From contig LSRY02000018.1 in assembly GCA_001643675.2 (NCBI GenBank), forward strand, positions 868,001 to 932,000: a DNA stretch of 64,000 nucleotides, written 5' to 3'. The DNA is from Monocercomonoides exilis PA203 (Eukaryota; Protista; Preaxostyla). Of this stretch, positions 1 through 13,049 are shown piece after piece (position 1 is the stretch's first letter; each line of letters opens with the position of its first letter). Below the pieces are notes generated by a model. It saw nothing but the letters and a program-made list of their open reading frames with translations. It was not told where the DNA came from and did no database searches. Both the position numbers and the translations under genes were made by a program.

Positions 1-1106
1 GATTCCAACGATACTGTTAATAGCATCACTGTTTCTATTTTCCTCCATCTCTATCTCACATTTTTCTGCATTAACTTCCATTTTTCTGGATCGGCATGAC
101 CATAAAAGAACACATCTTGGACAGAATGCAGCAAATATTGAAGAGCGCATTGATCGGAAAATGACAGGAAACGTCACCAGCATCTGAAAAATAAGGCTGA
201 TGCGTGCAATAATGGCAACAACGCTGCCGGACGCGAGCATCATCAGGTAATTGTCAAGAATCGGCACATTCGTCTCACCAGTGTGTGGGTTTGTGAAGTG
301 GTGGAACCCAAAATAGCCTGTTACGCCCACAAGCGCATACAACACAATATCTACCGTAAATCCTAAGACTATGTCTCGTTCGTCGTTTTTTGGATTTTTG
401 GAATTGAGAAATATTGAAGGAATGATACTGTGAATGAAAAATGACATTGATAAAACGCCAAGCGAAGAAGGAAAAGTTGGTTGACACAAATCAATCAATT
501 CATTATGAAAGCCATGAGGCGGTGCCAACCCAGTTATAACAATAATGACCGAAACAACAATGACAGATATAATTCCGAATGATGAACCTTTTATTAAGAT
601 TGATTGATTTGGTATCAGAACAAGTCCAAAAAGAATAACGGCAATAAAAACTGCGGACATTTTTGTATTCCACCATATTCCCACTTTAGCATTTGCAAGA
701 TTACAAATGGCTCGAACAATCTGCTCAAAATTCTGAGCAAGAAAAATATGTAAAGCAATTATGGCGACGAGAAGAACAAGTGCCGTAACTCCTCGAGCAA
801 CATAATATCCAGATTTCCCAAAAACTTCCCTGCAACGAATTGAAAAATCAGATGTGCCCTTGCTGTTGCGCAAAACTAAAATTGCAGTGTAGCATGAAAT
901 GTACCCTGTGAACAAAACAAAAAATATTCCCAGAGCAAGGCCAGCCTTCGATATTACTTTAAAGAAGTATCAGAATTAAAAAAATTTTTTTCATTCAAAA
1001 GAATAATCAAACCCCATGGAAGAGTCACAACAGTTGAGCCTATCATCAAAGTTGATATTGAAAAGATATTTGTAAAGCTGCTGTGTTTGTTACTTTTTGA
1101 ATTCAT
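1..1106 (-). CDS. SLC38A9-like amino acid transporter (AAAP/Aa_trans family), 3'-partial; exons 1106-1013 and 956-<1
   Basis: Manual translation: MNSKSNKHSSFTNIFSISTLMIGSTVVTLPW-V-ISKAGLALG... and GVLSMSFFIHSIIPSIFLNSKNPKNDERDIVLGF resemble SLC38A9 TM1 and TM6 motifs (IWNTMMGTSILSIPW; GVLTLAFFIHN...NNVRDL). GT-AG intron at 957-1012; the frame runs off the window edge. Confidence 0.8.
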
Positions 1107-1216
1107 CTGTGTAGTTTATTTTTTAACTTTTAGAAATGAAATATTTCAAAAATTTTGATAAATGTGTATTTGAAAAGTAATTATGGGAACATTTTTTTAA
1201 AAAAAGTTCTTCTGTG

Positions 1217-1252
<36 letters not shown>

Positions 1253-1965
1253 AATCCAATTGATTTTTATTTTCAGAAAAGTTAAAAAACATATGAATTT
1301 ATTCATATCAATTTTCTTTTGTGCAAACTGAGTTCATTTGATTCATCAAATATGCATTTGCTTTTCGAAAGGAAGTAACTATTCAAAGAGACTAATGTTC
1401 TAGCCTGATTATTTCAATTGAATAATAATATAATGATATGCTTTTATATCTTACGAAATTTGCTGGAAATAATCACTGGAATTGAATTTTGATATTCACG
1501 GTATTTTCTTTTCAAGCTTATGTTACAAATATTTCATTCGTCAATAAGGAAAAGCTGAGAAATTAAAAAATTGCTCTTTTGAAATAATAATTATTTTTCA
1601 AACAATCGAAAAAACAAGCATAAAATTTTAATTATTAAAAACATTTAAAAAAAAGCTTTGAAGAAGAATTATAAGGGAAAAAATATTCATATTGTCTTTC
1701 TTTCAAAAAAAAAAAAAAAATAGAAAATTCGAAGTTCAAGATTTCTAACAATAAAAGTTATGAATACATAAACATAAAAATCCTCCGCTTAAAGAAATAT
1801 TCAATATAATTAATAATTCTTTGAAGAATTTTATGTAAAAAATTTTTCTCAAAAATGAAAAAAGGCAATTCAAATGGAAAAAAAAAGACAGATGTCGAAC
1901 AAAAACTGGAACAAAAAATTGCATTTCAACGAATTTCACCAACAAAATTGGGAACAAACAAGAAA

Positions 1966-3018
1966 TTAACTTGCCTCTAATTTTTCGTTGATTTGTGGAA
2001 TTTGTCCAATTATTTTCAATTCCGGTTTTTCTTTTAATTCTTCCTTTATTTCCCCTTTAACCAGCAATAAAACATCATTCAATGAGCGAAGCCAATATGT
2101 GGGAGCAACATCAATTGTTTCAGGAACTCTTGCATATGGAACAATGCAACTATCAATTCCCGAACTGAACAAATAAGAAAGTGATAAGATCATAAAAATG
2201 CAGAAAATGAATAATTTGAATAATAATTTAAGCGCAAACGCGTTTGATGCCTGAACATCAGGCTTTGCATCACCAACAAATAGCACCCTTTTTGGGTTTG
2301 TAACATTGAAATGCTTTAATGCGGCTAAAACGGCAACTGGATCAGGTTTATACCCACCATAAACATCCGGGGGAAATAGCTCCTATTATTATACGCGGAA
2401 TTTAAAAAAATTAAGTTACAGAAAAATAATTCAAACATCTACAAATTCCATAAAGCCCAGAAATGAACAATCTTCTATCAATGAAGGCTTACGACGATTA
2501 GAAACAATTCCAATTTTCACTCCAAGTCTCTTCAATTCGCCCATTAAATCTAGTACCTTTGGAATCGATTAAATTATAAAATTCAATTAATTAGAAAAGA
2601 AACCCCAGGAAATGGCTTAAGATAATTTTTCCGAATTCTTGTCTGGACTTCTCGATAAGTTTCTTGATACATATTAAACTCCTCATCACTTATTTCCCTG
2701 CCCAAGAGTACATTAAATTCACCGCGCAGAGATAACGACTGCAGTTCATTCTACAATCATTTTCATTATAAACAAATAACAATGAAAATAAATGGAACAT
2801 CCGAACGTAACATAAATAAAACAATGTGTCATACAGAAATTTCTTCTTGACTTTTCGTATATCCAAATGCTTTTAAAGTCTGATGATATATTTCACATAG
2901 CAAGCCTAAACAGCTAATTAAAAAAGATAAACTTCAAATTACAAAACATACCAAATGAATCCGATATGGTACCATCCATGTCAAATAAAACTACATCGTA
3001 TTTCAATTCAAAAGCCAT
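1966..3018 (-). CDS. HAD-superfamily hydrolase, phosphoglycolate phosphatase (Gph/PpaX)-like, 6 exons
   Basis: Spliced translation gives motif I VVLFDMDGT, PFPGV..L..L, motif II GIVSN, motif III KPDP and motif IV FVGD. Five GT-AG introns keep the frame. Confidence 0.85.
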
Positions 3019-3188
3019 GGAAAACTAAAAAAATACAAAAAAGTCAGAAATTCAAATTTAATATGGTTTTTTGATCAAATAATGCTGTTTTGAATTCAAA
3101 CTCGAGTCTTCACATTTCAAGTGAAGAGTACAAAAAACAAGAATAAAAATTATAACATAAAAAATTCCTACAAAAAAATATATATTCA

Positions 3189-6100
3189 TCACTGACAACA
3201 GCTTCCAGTAATTGTAAGATTAGACTTAGTTCTCCTGCTCATCTCATTCAAAAACAGGATATCTTCAGAGCCAAAGCTAACAGCTCCGGACAAATGTGAG
3301 TGGGGCAGCGGCATGTGCTCCCCCACATTCGCTGTGCTCTCGTCCTGTCTCTGGAACAACCTCTTCAGCTCCGAGAGGGGGATGGTTTCTTCAGTGTATT
3401 TGAAGAGCACATGCATGGTGAGGGTGTTCAGATATACGAAGCGTTTGAGGAGCGAAAGCATGTCTGTATCGCTTGCTCTGTCGCACTCCCACCAGAGCTG
3501 GCTGTGGAGGAAGGGCTGGAGAGAGGAGAAGAGGAAGGAGGAGGAGGAAGAAGAAGAAGAGGAGGAAGAGGAAGAGGAAGAGGAAGAAGAAGAAGAAGAA
3601 GAAGAAGAAGGGGAGGAGGAAGAAGAAGATGGTGATTGATTTGAAACATTTGAAGAAGAAGAAGAAGAAGAAGAAGCTGTGTGTGTTTGTTTTTTGAGGG
3701 AAGGAAGTTGGAGGAATGGAAGAAGCTTCTGGTTTGTCACTCTGATTTGGATGAAAGGAGCATTTGAAGAGGAAGAGGAAGAAGGAGATGAATATAACAC
3801 AACACCAGGACCTTTAGAAGAGGAAGAGGAAGAAGAAGACAATAAAGAAGAAGAGGAGGAGGAGGAAGAAGAATGAGAAGAAGAAGAAGGAGAAGGAGAA
3901 GCAACAGGAGCGTGCTGATATGACATCCCTTGTTCAAAATCGCTCTTCTTCATGTTTGGATGAGGTGTACCCGAACCAATCACAATTGCCCCAACATGCT
4001 CGTTCTCTTTCTCTTTCTCTTTTTTACTCTCTTTTTTATTCTCCTTCTCATTTTTTCCCTTTCCTTTTCCCTTTTCTCCTCCTTCTTCGCTCTCTGCCAA
4101 TGAAGCAGAAGGAGTGCTGGCTGTGCGAGAAGCGTTGGCTGAGCGGAGGATCAAGACATCGTACAGCTCTGGATGATGGAGGAAGAGAGTGTCTGAGGAG
4201 CAGGCAATGAAGGAGGGGGGAAGAGAAGAAGAAGAAGATGATGATGATGATGATGATGATGATGAATTTGATTGATAGCTTGTCTGATTGGGGGAGAAAG
4301 GCGATGCAAACAAAGACACATTGCCAATAGGAACACATTGAGGCACAACAAGATGTCTCTTCAGAGAAGAAGAGGAAAACGGAATGGGGGAATCAGTTTG
4401 TGTGTTGGAGGAGGAATAAAACGAGGAGGAAGAAGAAGAAGAAGATTTTCTCTTTCCTTTCTGTTTTTTGCCGATGGTGGAATTGCGGTGCTTTCTATGT
4501 TTTTTGTTTTTCTTTGATTTATCTTTTTCTTTTTCTTCTTTCTCTTCTTTTTCCTTTTCATCTCCATTCTCCGCTTTCTCTGATTCTTTTATTTTCTCTT
4601 CTGTTTTTCCTTCTGCTTTTTCATCCATTTCATCATCAACAACATTATTATCTTGTTCTTCTTCCTTCTTCTCTTCTTTACCTTCCTCTTCCTCTTCCTC
4701 TTCCTTCTCCCCCTCCCCCTCCTCTTCCTCCACTCCAATCCCAAAGAAATCTCTTCTCTTCCTCTTCATCTGGCTCGCCATGCTCTCCACGCTCACAATG
4801 CACAGGTCTTCTTCTTCCACCACTTTCGGCTTCTTCTTCAGCGCTGACAGAAAAGACGTTTCTTCTTTTTTTGCTTCCTTTGCATCTTTTGTGAGTTTAT
4901 CTGATTGCTTGCTATTTCTCTCTTTCTCTTTTCTCTTTGTTACTTCTTCATTATTATTATCATCATCTTCCTCTTCTTCCTCACTTTCTTCACTTTCTTC
5001 TTCTCCTCCTTCTGAACTACCATCATCTTCATCCTCACTTCCACTTTCATTCTCTTCTTCCTCCTCTTCCTCTTCTTTCTCCCTCTCCCTTTCCCTTTCC
5101 TTCTCCTTCTCTCTCTTCTCCCTCTCCTTCATCGACACATCGAATATCGGCACAAACCTCGCCAGCTCGCTCAGCGCAAAACACGCATCAGATGCAAAAG
5201 AAAGAGGAGGCTGAGTCAAAATGAGAATCCGAAGGCCCAAAAGAACCGCGCGATGGAGGATAAACAGAGGCTGGAACAAGAAGTTGGGCTTTAAAGGGGA
5301 AGAGAAAGAAGGAAGAAGGCGATTGGGGGAGTTATTAAAGGAATTGGATAGGGGAGAAAGAGGAGAAGTGAAGGAAAAAGGAAGGCAAGAGGAGAGGAGA
5401 GGAATGAAAGGGATGGAATGACGAGTGTTTCGTCGGGTTTTGGATGAGGAAGAGGAAGAGGAGGAAGAGGAAAAAGAAGAAGAAGGAGAAGAGGAAGAAG
5501 AAGAGAAATGATAAACTAAACCGGGAGCTAATTGAGGAAGTTTGTTTGAAGATACAATTTGAGAATTGGAAGAAGAAGAAGAAGATGATGATGATGATGA
5601 TGATGATGATGAAATATGTTCGTTTTCATTCTTTTGACTCTTTTCAGTTGAAGATGAATGTTTGGAATGATGATGATGATGTCTGTGATGATGATGATGA
5701 TGATGCTTATGATTATGTTCGTTCTCTTCTTCTTCTTCTTCTGCTTCATCTCCACTTCTTTCTCTTCTATGCTTCCTCTTCCTCCTCCTCTTTCTTCTCT
5801 CTTCTTCCCTTTCTTCTTCTTCTCCTTCTCCTTCCCCTTCCTCTTCTTCTTCTTCTTCCTCAAAAGGCGGAGGAGCCGGAAGAAATTCGCTTGTTCCGTC
5901 TTCTCCTTCGATGGCAATCGCATCTGACGGCTGCCAATCATCATTCAAACCAAAACGACCAGAAACAACGCTTATTCCTTTGCGGTTGGAGGAAGAAGAA
6001 GGAGAAGAAGAAGAAGAGGGAGAAGAAGAATGATGATGATGGTGACGATGATGAAGAGAAGAAGAAGAAGAAGAAGAAGAAGAAGAAGAAGAACGTGATG

Positions 6101-8761
6101 AAGCAGAAGAAGCAGATGAATAAGAAGAAGAGGAATAAGAAGAAGAGCAAGATTCTGAGTCAGAATCAGAATCAGAGGAAGAAGAAGAAGAAGACATTTC
6201 ATCTTTTGAATGCTGTTGTTGAAGATTAGTGGATGATTTGAGGGGGGTTGATATTGCAGAAGAAGAAGGGGGAGAAAGAGAAGAAGAAGAGGAAGAAGAT
6301 TCATAAGCAGAAGCAAAAGGAGAATCACTTGAAGGAGAAAGAGAAGAAGAAGGAGAAGTTTTATTGTCTTCAGAAATCACCACAATTTTATTGCTTTCAA
6401 TTGTTTTTCCATTCGAACTATTGAAACTTTGCCCCACACCTTCCCATTTTGAAGCTGGTTTTGAGTTATTTTTGCTATTTTTGCTGTTTTTGCTGCCAAA
6501 GCGAAAAGAAGAGAGAAGAGAAGAAGAAGAGGAGGAAGAAGAAGAGGAGGAAGAGGAAGAGGAAGAGGAAGAGGAAGAGGAAGAGGAAGAAGAAGAAGAA
6601 GAAGAAGGATGAGGAGGGGTATAAGAAATCGAAACAATGCGGTTTTTGATGATTTCTTTTTTCTTCTTCATTTCTTCTTCGCTCAGCTCTTTCAGGGCGT
6701 TCAGAGAAGAAGGCGAAGAAAGGATGAAAGGAGGGGTGGAGGTGGGGGAGACACGAGAAAGAGAAGAGGAAGAGAAGGAAGAAGAAGAAGAAGAAGATGA
6801 TGATGATGATGAAGAAGATGATGATAAAATAGAAGAAGAAGAAGAAGAAGAATGAGAAGAAGAAGGAAGAGGAGGAGGAGGAGGCATTAGAGAAGGAGCA
6901 GAAGTCGATTGAGTATAAGGCGGAGGGCAGAACAAGAAGGACAAAGCAGAAAAGAAGCGAAAGGGAGATATGAACGGGATAGGAACAAAGGAAGACTGTG
7001 CTATGCGTGTGGGCTGTGAAAGGGAAAAGGAAGAAGAGGTTGAAATGTTGCTGTTGTTTTTGTTGTTGCTCTTCTTCTTCGTCGTCTTCATCTTCTTTTG
7101 ATCTTTGTTTTCTTCTTCTTCTTCTTCTTCTTCTTCTTCTTCTTCACCTTCCTCTTCCTCCTCATCTTCTACTGATTCATTGAAAATGGATGCATATTGC
7201 GGGGTGATTGGAGATTCAGCTATTTTTCCATGTTTGTGTGATTTGGAAGATTTTGAATGGTTTTCATTTGTTTTTGTGGAGTTATGTGTTTCTTTGTCAT
7301 CCTTTTCTTCTTCTTTCTCTCTTTCTTCTTCTTCTTCTTCTTCTTCTTCATTTTCATCTTTACCACTATCATCTCTTTCTCTTTCTCTTTCTCTTTGTCT
7401 TTCTTCTTTTTCTTTTTCTTTTTCTTCACTTTCTGCTTTTAACTGCAATTTTGTTTTCAATTTTCGGAGAAATTCCGGATACAATGCAAATGAATGCGTT
7501 ACTGATAAAATGTCCGGGAAAAAAAAGATTACATTTGGCACAGATTGCTTCAGGGAGAAATTGCCGGCAGAAGAATAATTAATTCGTGGCGATAATTCCT
7601 CTCCCCGCCCGTCCAGAAATATCGGAATTGCGGGTTTCGATTCCTGACTTAACGAATAAGTCGACAAAGTTGCCAGTTTTTCGCTTCCTTCAGTGTATTC
7701 TGTGTTGTCTTTTGCTGTTTTCTGGTCGTCGGATTCGGATGTGTATGACCTGATTGAATACGCAGGCGGAGATTGCGTTTCGTTCATTGATGACTTCCCA
7801 GCTGTTGATATTGCTGCTGCTGCTGATGAAGATGAAGATGTTGTTGTTGTTGTTGTTGAAGAATAGGATGAGGTCGCTGTTGATGTTAATGGAGTGATTG
7901 GAGACAAAAGTGCAGTGTGCTCTGAGGGCTTGGCTTTGAGGTCTTTGACTGTTGTTGGGTCAATTATATCTGATGACTTGCTGTCTTTTATCCCAAATAG
8001 TTCGCGGAAGAACTTTAAAGTGGGCGAAAGTCCGCTCAGTGCACTTTCTTTTTGAATAGATTCGTTTCCAAATTCAAGAACAGAAAAATCTAATACTGGA
8101 GGAGATATAGAATAAAGAGGAATGTTTAACGTGCTGAATCGTTGCTCTCTCTTATTTGCCAGTTGAAGAACAGCAAGTTTCAAATTATGATTATCCATAT
8201 AATTTGAAAGAAGTTTGTAATTCTTATTTGCTCCAATATCCCTGAGCAAAAGCAAAATCAATGCAAGCGTAAATGCTATTTCAAAGACATAAGAAATGGT
8301 AAATAAAAGCAAAACCTGACGTTGTTCAGCAAAAAATCAAGATGGACAAAAAGAGAAAATGGCGAATAGCCAATGAATCCAACAGCAAACATCTTTGAAC
8401 CACGGTCTAAACACGTTAGATTTTATTTATCATCAAAAATAAAACAGTTTTAAAGTTTACTTCTGAAACATTCCAAACCATATCTCCTATCAACAACTTG
8501 ATTAAAAACTGCAATGCCCCAATATCCGCATAAAGTGAAAATAAAATAATCCTGCTCAATGAAATGGCTTCCAGAAGGAAGAGTTAGAAATTCTAATCCA
8601 CCATCAAGGAATTCATGGCAATTTTGAGGATACATATATTCCACAACATTTCCTTCCTTAATATCAAAACTTGTGATGAATGCTGCTTTAAGTGAACCGC
8701 AACGCCAACCGTACGGATAAGGTTTCACGGTTGTATGTAAAGGAAGCACAGAGGCAGACAT
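3189..8761 (-). CDS. DENND11/LCHN-like DENN-domain protein (~1808 aa) with very large Ser/Glu/His low-complexity insertions; exons 8761-8479, 8406-8316, 8241-3189
   Basis: Collinear blocks matching DENND11: FITSFDIKEGNVVEY, LEFLTLPSGSH..QDYFIF, DRGSKMFAVG, FILHRAVLLGLRILILTQPP, SFIACSSDTLF..PELYDVLI. Intron phases are consistent. Confidence 0.8.
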
Positions 8762-9099
8762 AAAAGCAAAATAAAAACTTTCTAAAGTTATAATGGAAAG
8801 ATCAAAGAATGTTGAAATCATCAAAAAAGAATGGAACAATTATCATTTGAAATTGATGCTAGAAATAACATAACAAATTTAAAGGAAATATTACCTGAAA
8901 TTTTTTATTTTGATTTTTTTTTAAAAAGTGAATTGTTTAAATAAAAATAGAAATGAAAGTGAGCAAAATGAATGAAGTTTTAAAATGAAACAGAAAAAAA
9001 GCTTACAAGAAGCATCAATAGAAGGATGAGCGATGTAGATTTTATCTGCTTATATCTCTTCACAATTCCAACTCTCTTTCTTTCTTCCTTCCCTCTTCC

Positions 9100-10684
9100 T
9101 CATTCGCTGGAGTCTGTGATCCCCTCGCTTGAGATGGTGAATGTGCACTCAGACTCAGGAAGCAGCGGACTGTCGTATATTTTGCACACTCGCTGTTCTC
9201 CTTTTCCTTTCCGCAGAAACAGACGTGTTGTCGATGCATGAGCCATTATGTGTCCTCCAATCGGTTTCTTTGGATCTGCTCGTTCAAAGCATGAATGGAT
9301 TAAATTATGAAATTGCAAAAAATGAAGCACAAATGAGTTGGCAAAAAGAATAATGTCAAAAACAATTCTTTCTTACAAAGAAAAAAAAATATTTTTGGTT
9401 TTATTTTTTTATTTTTACAATGCACTCCATCACACAAGTCTAACACACCTGCTTGGAACATTGCAGCAGCGCCTGGGTCAGCCACAACCTGGTTCGTCAC
9501 AAGCACAGCCACCCCAAACTCCTCCGCAATCTTCATCAGCATCGACATCAGCTTTCCCAGCCGCTGCTGCCTGTCAGCCAGCTCACCCCGCCCGCTGAAG
9601 TCCACCCGGAACAGCGCTGTCACGCTGTCCACAATCACCAATCTGAACTGATCCTCTGCCATCTTCGCACACACTTGTGTCAGAAGCCCCGTCTGCTGCT
9701 CGTGTGTGTATGCCCTCGCAAAGATGATGTTGTCCAGCACCGCCCCTGGGTCCAGTCCATACCGCACGGCAATCGGCTCAATCCGCTCCGGTCTGAATGT
9801 TCCTTCAGTGTCGATGTATGCCACCTTGCCATTTCCTCCCCCTGCTTCCAGAGGCAGCTGGCACGTCACACACAACGTGTGCGCCAGCTGTGTCTTCCCC
9901 GTGCGGAACTCTCCAAACACCTCCGTGATGCTCATCGTCTCAAGCCCTCCGCCCAGCAGCGTGTCCAGCTCTTTCGAGCCTGTTGTAATCTTTACCACCT
10001 CCTTTCGTTTCAGCAGATATTCGCTCCCTGTGATGAACCCATTGAAAACCACTTTCTGTACCGCCTCCAAGATTTTGTCCAGCTTTCCTTCAGAAATACC
10101 CTTCACTTGTAGCAAATCCTGTTTGTGTTCATTTGGTAAAAAAAATTCAGTTCAAAGCAAATGTGAACAGCATTCAGATAAATGAATATTTTTAAAAAGG
10201 CATTCAATTCGAGCGTCAACTGAACACTTGTTTTTTCAAACTTTTTTTGTTCGCATTTGAAGGCTCTGCACGGTGAAGCATCCCGCCTCCTTCAGCTTTT
10301 TCACATCTCCCGCGTTTATGCCAAGTTCCACAAGCTATTGTTTCCAATTCATCCCACGTTTCACATTCCAAGAGAAAGAAAGCAATTATCAGACAGAGGT
10401 TGTAGAAAAATTAAGCAATATAGAGATTAGAACCCACAACAATTTCGACATAATTCAGAAAAAGAAGAAATTTTAATGCAAAAAATACTCAAATCTGAAA
10501 AACAAAAATAGAAAAAAGGAATTGCAAATGCATTTTTGTAAGCAAGACAAAATAAAGAAGCTCCACTTTCAAATAAGTCCATCACAATTCACCAGATTTT
10601 TCACACCTTGTCAATTTCCATAAAACTCTGAATATCAGCAGAAGCCTCTTCAACCATTTCTTCTTCCATTTGCTCTGTGCTCAT
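9100..10684 (-). CDS. DMC1: Meiotic recombinase Dmc1 (338 aa); exons 10684-10607, 10334-10242, 10118-9449, 9275-9100
   Basis: RecA/Rad51 fold with Walker A GEFRTGKT. Dmc1-type residues: [41 protein letters not shown] (Rad51 has YRTDYSGRGELSARQMHL). Confidence 0.92.
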
Positions 10685-11253
10685 TGTGTATTCTTTTTTG
10701 CTTTGCTATTCCTTTCTCTTGAACTTCCGGCATTCTTTAGAACATTTGAGAATTATTATGGCTTAATCAATTTCTTTTGAAAATCTTTTCAAACTCAAAA
10801 ATCCAATGGACAAGAAATTATTGACTATTAAGTTTATCACAAATGTGTTTTGGTGATTGTTCTTTTGTTTTATACACAATGCACGAAAGGATTTCTGAAT
10901 TCTTTAATCAACTTTTTTAATTTTTTTTTTCATTTTTTCTTGTTCTGAAAAAATGAAACAAATTTTAAAAGCAGTTTAATAAATAAAATTAATAACAGTG
11001 AATATCAATAAATCGAGTCAAAACATGATTATATTATGGTTATTTTTAGCAGATAATTAGAAATTATGAGTATATTGATCGTTTTGTTCATAGTCTGCTT
11101 TGTTTATTCAACCAGCATCAAATATAATTTATCAAAATTTATTATTTATTGTTATTATTTGTGATTGCTGATGACATGTTAATTTTCATGTTTTTATTGA
11201 CTGTCAATATGAAAATGAATTTTTGTGTTGATATGTGTATTTAGCAAGTAAGT

Positions 11254-11618
11254 ATGTCAACAGAAGGAGAAAATCACGACGAAAAACTCGACCAAGAAAG
11301 CGAGGAAGATGAGGAAGAGGATAAGCCTATTGAATCGGCTCTTCCACCTGTTTGCATTTTTAATTATATGTTTATTAAAAAAATTCATTTGTATTCTAGC
11401 GGAAACCAATTGCACCGAAAAGCAAAGCTCTCGCATATGGAAAGTTGCAACCAAAGAAAGGAGCAGGATTCCCTGTTTGTTTTATTATTGATTTTTTTGA
11501 ATCTATGCAACATGAATTCTTTTTTATTTCAATTTAGGGAAGGCAACACTTCGACTCTGCTGATTACTTTAAAGAAAAGCAAACAAAGAAAGATCATCCA
11601 TCTCACCCTGCTCAATAA
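11254..11618 (+). CDS. Endosulfine/ARPP19/Igo1 family PP2A-B55 inhibitor (83 aa); exons 11254-11349, 11400-11474, 11538-11618
   Basis: Two phase-0 GT-AG introns give ...LAYGKLQPKKGAGFPGRQHFDSADYF...; contains the family FDS(G/A)DY phosphosite motif and the upstream YGxLxPKK motif. Confidence 0.85.
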
Positions 11619-12699
11619 GATATTCGTCCATGATATAATTATCATTTTGTTTTCTAATTATTCTGGAAAAGCATAATTTTATACTGTTTATTTGCCTTTT
11701 GCGCCATTTCTTACACTTCGTTATTACAAATGATTTTTAACAACCGATTTTTGATAGTTTAATAAGTATTATTATTGATGAAATGATCTTGTTTTATCGT
11801 ATTTATTTGAATCCGGATGTGTTTCGTTTTATTGTTCTCAAATACATATATTTGCTAACATGAAAAAAATGCTCTATCGTTGTAATATGCGCCGTTGACT
11901 TCTTGACAGATTTTTGTTAAATTTCTGTGGGAAAAATTGAGGAACCGAACGTATAATTTTTATGACCATATATGTTCTCATTGAAGATGGCTTTTTCTGA
12001 ATAGGTACTCGTTTTGTGAAGTGGAAGTCAATCAAATATTAGTTATAAAGAAAAAACACACTTGCAATCCTGAAGTTACGTTGGAATGATCGGAGATTAT
12101 TTAGAATTGAAATAATTCAAAAAGAATTTTTATAGAAAAAAGGAATGCAACATGGAACATGTGTACAAGTTGGAAGCAAATATCTTTCTCTCGAAGCATT
12201 TCATATGACACCCAATCGTTGTTGGTTTCAAAGTAACATATTTTCTTTTCTTTTCTTTTCTTTTCTTTTTTGAGAAAAACAGAGAGAAATATAATTATTT
12301 TCGTTTGCTTTTGACTTTTGTCTTTTGTTATCTTCTCCAGTTAATCAAAAGGAATCCGTGCTAAAAATCAGCATAACCAAAGAATGTCAAGTGCAATTGA
12401 ACAGAGTTGAACAACAATTTCAACAAGAAAAACAGAATCAAATGAGAAACAAACGTCAGAAACATATAACGTTGATGATGCCGAAACCAAAAGCAAAAAC
12501 AACAAAAATTCTTTGAATTCATCAAAAACTTTATAAATTCACATGAGAAATCCAAATCACAACAAAATATCTTGCATTTCCGCCAATGCGAAAAAAAACT
12601 AATTGTTAAAAACCAAAGCAAAATTCTTGATTTATCTTCGAAATAAAAAAAAATCACTCTTCCGAATACCGTTCTCAAAAGTTTCACAAACAATCAAAA

Positions 12700-13016
12700 A
12701 TGAATAAGAAAAAGAATAAAATACTTAGTCTTCTTTTTCATTCAATGATGAAAGCATTGCTATGTTTTTATTCTCCTTCAAAGCATCTTTCTCTTCCCCC
12801 TCATTTTCAGACTCAACATAGGCATTCTCAACATCTTCGTCATCGACGTACCAATATCCGATCGGATCATATTGATATTCATACTGCGAGTACTCATTTG
12901 AAGACATTTCTCCTGCATCCAAGCACTGAACAAGTTGAGTGAAACATGTTTCTTCTTCAACTTCCAATTCCAAAATGCCATTGACTTGTGGTTCATTCGC
13001 TTTCTCTTTCTCTTTC

Positions 13017-13049
<33 letters not shown>

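Noticed and set aside
3300-7582. Dozens of overlapping and antisense ORFs (poly-L, poly-K, poly-F), also at 28000-36900
   Set aside because: By-products of stop-free GAA/TCT microsatellites inside real genes.
9100-10684. Annotation as RAD51
   Set aside because: The diagnostic residues are Dmc1-type.
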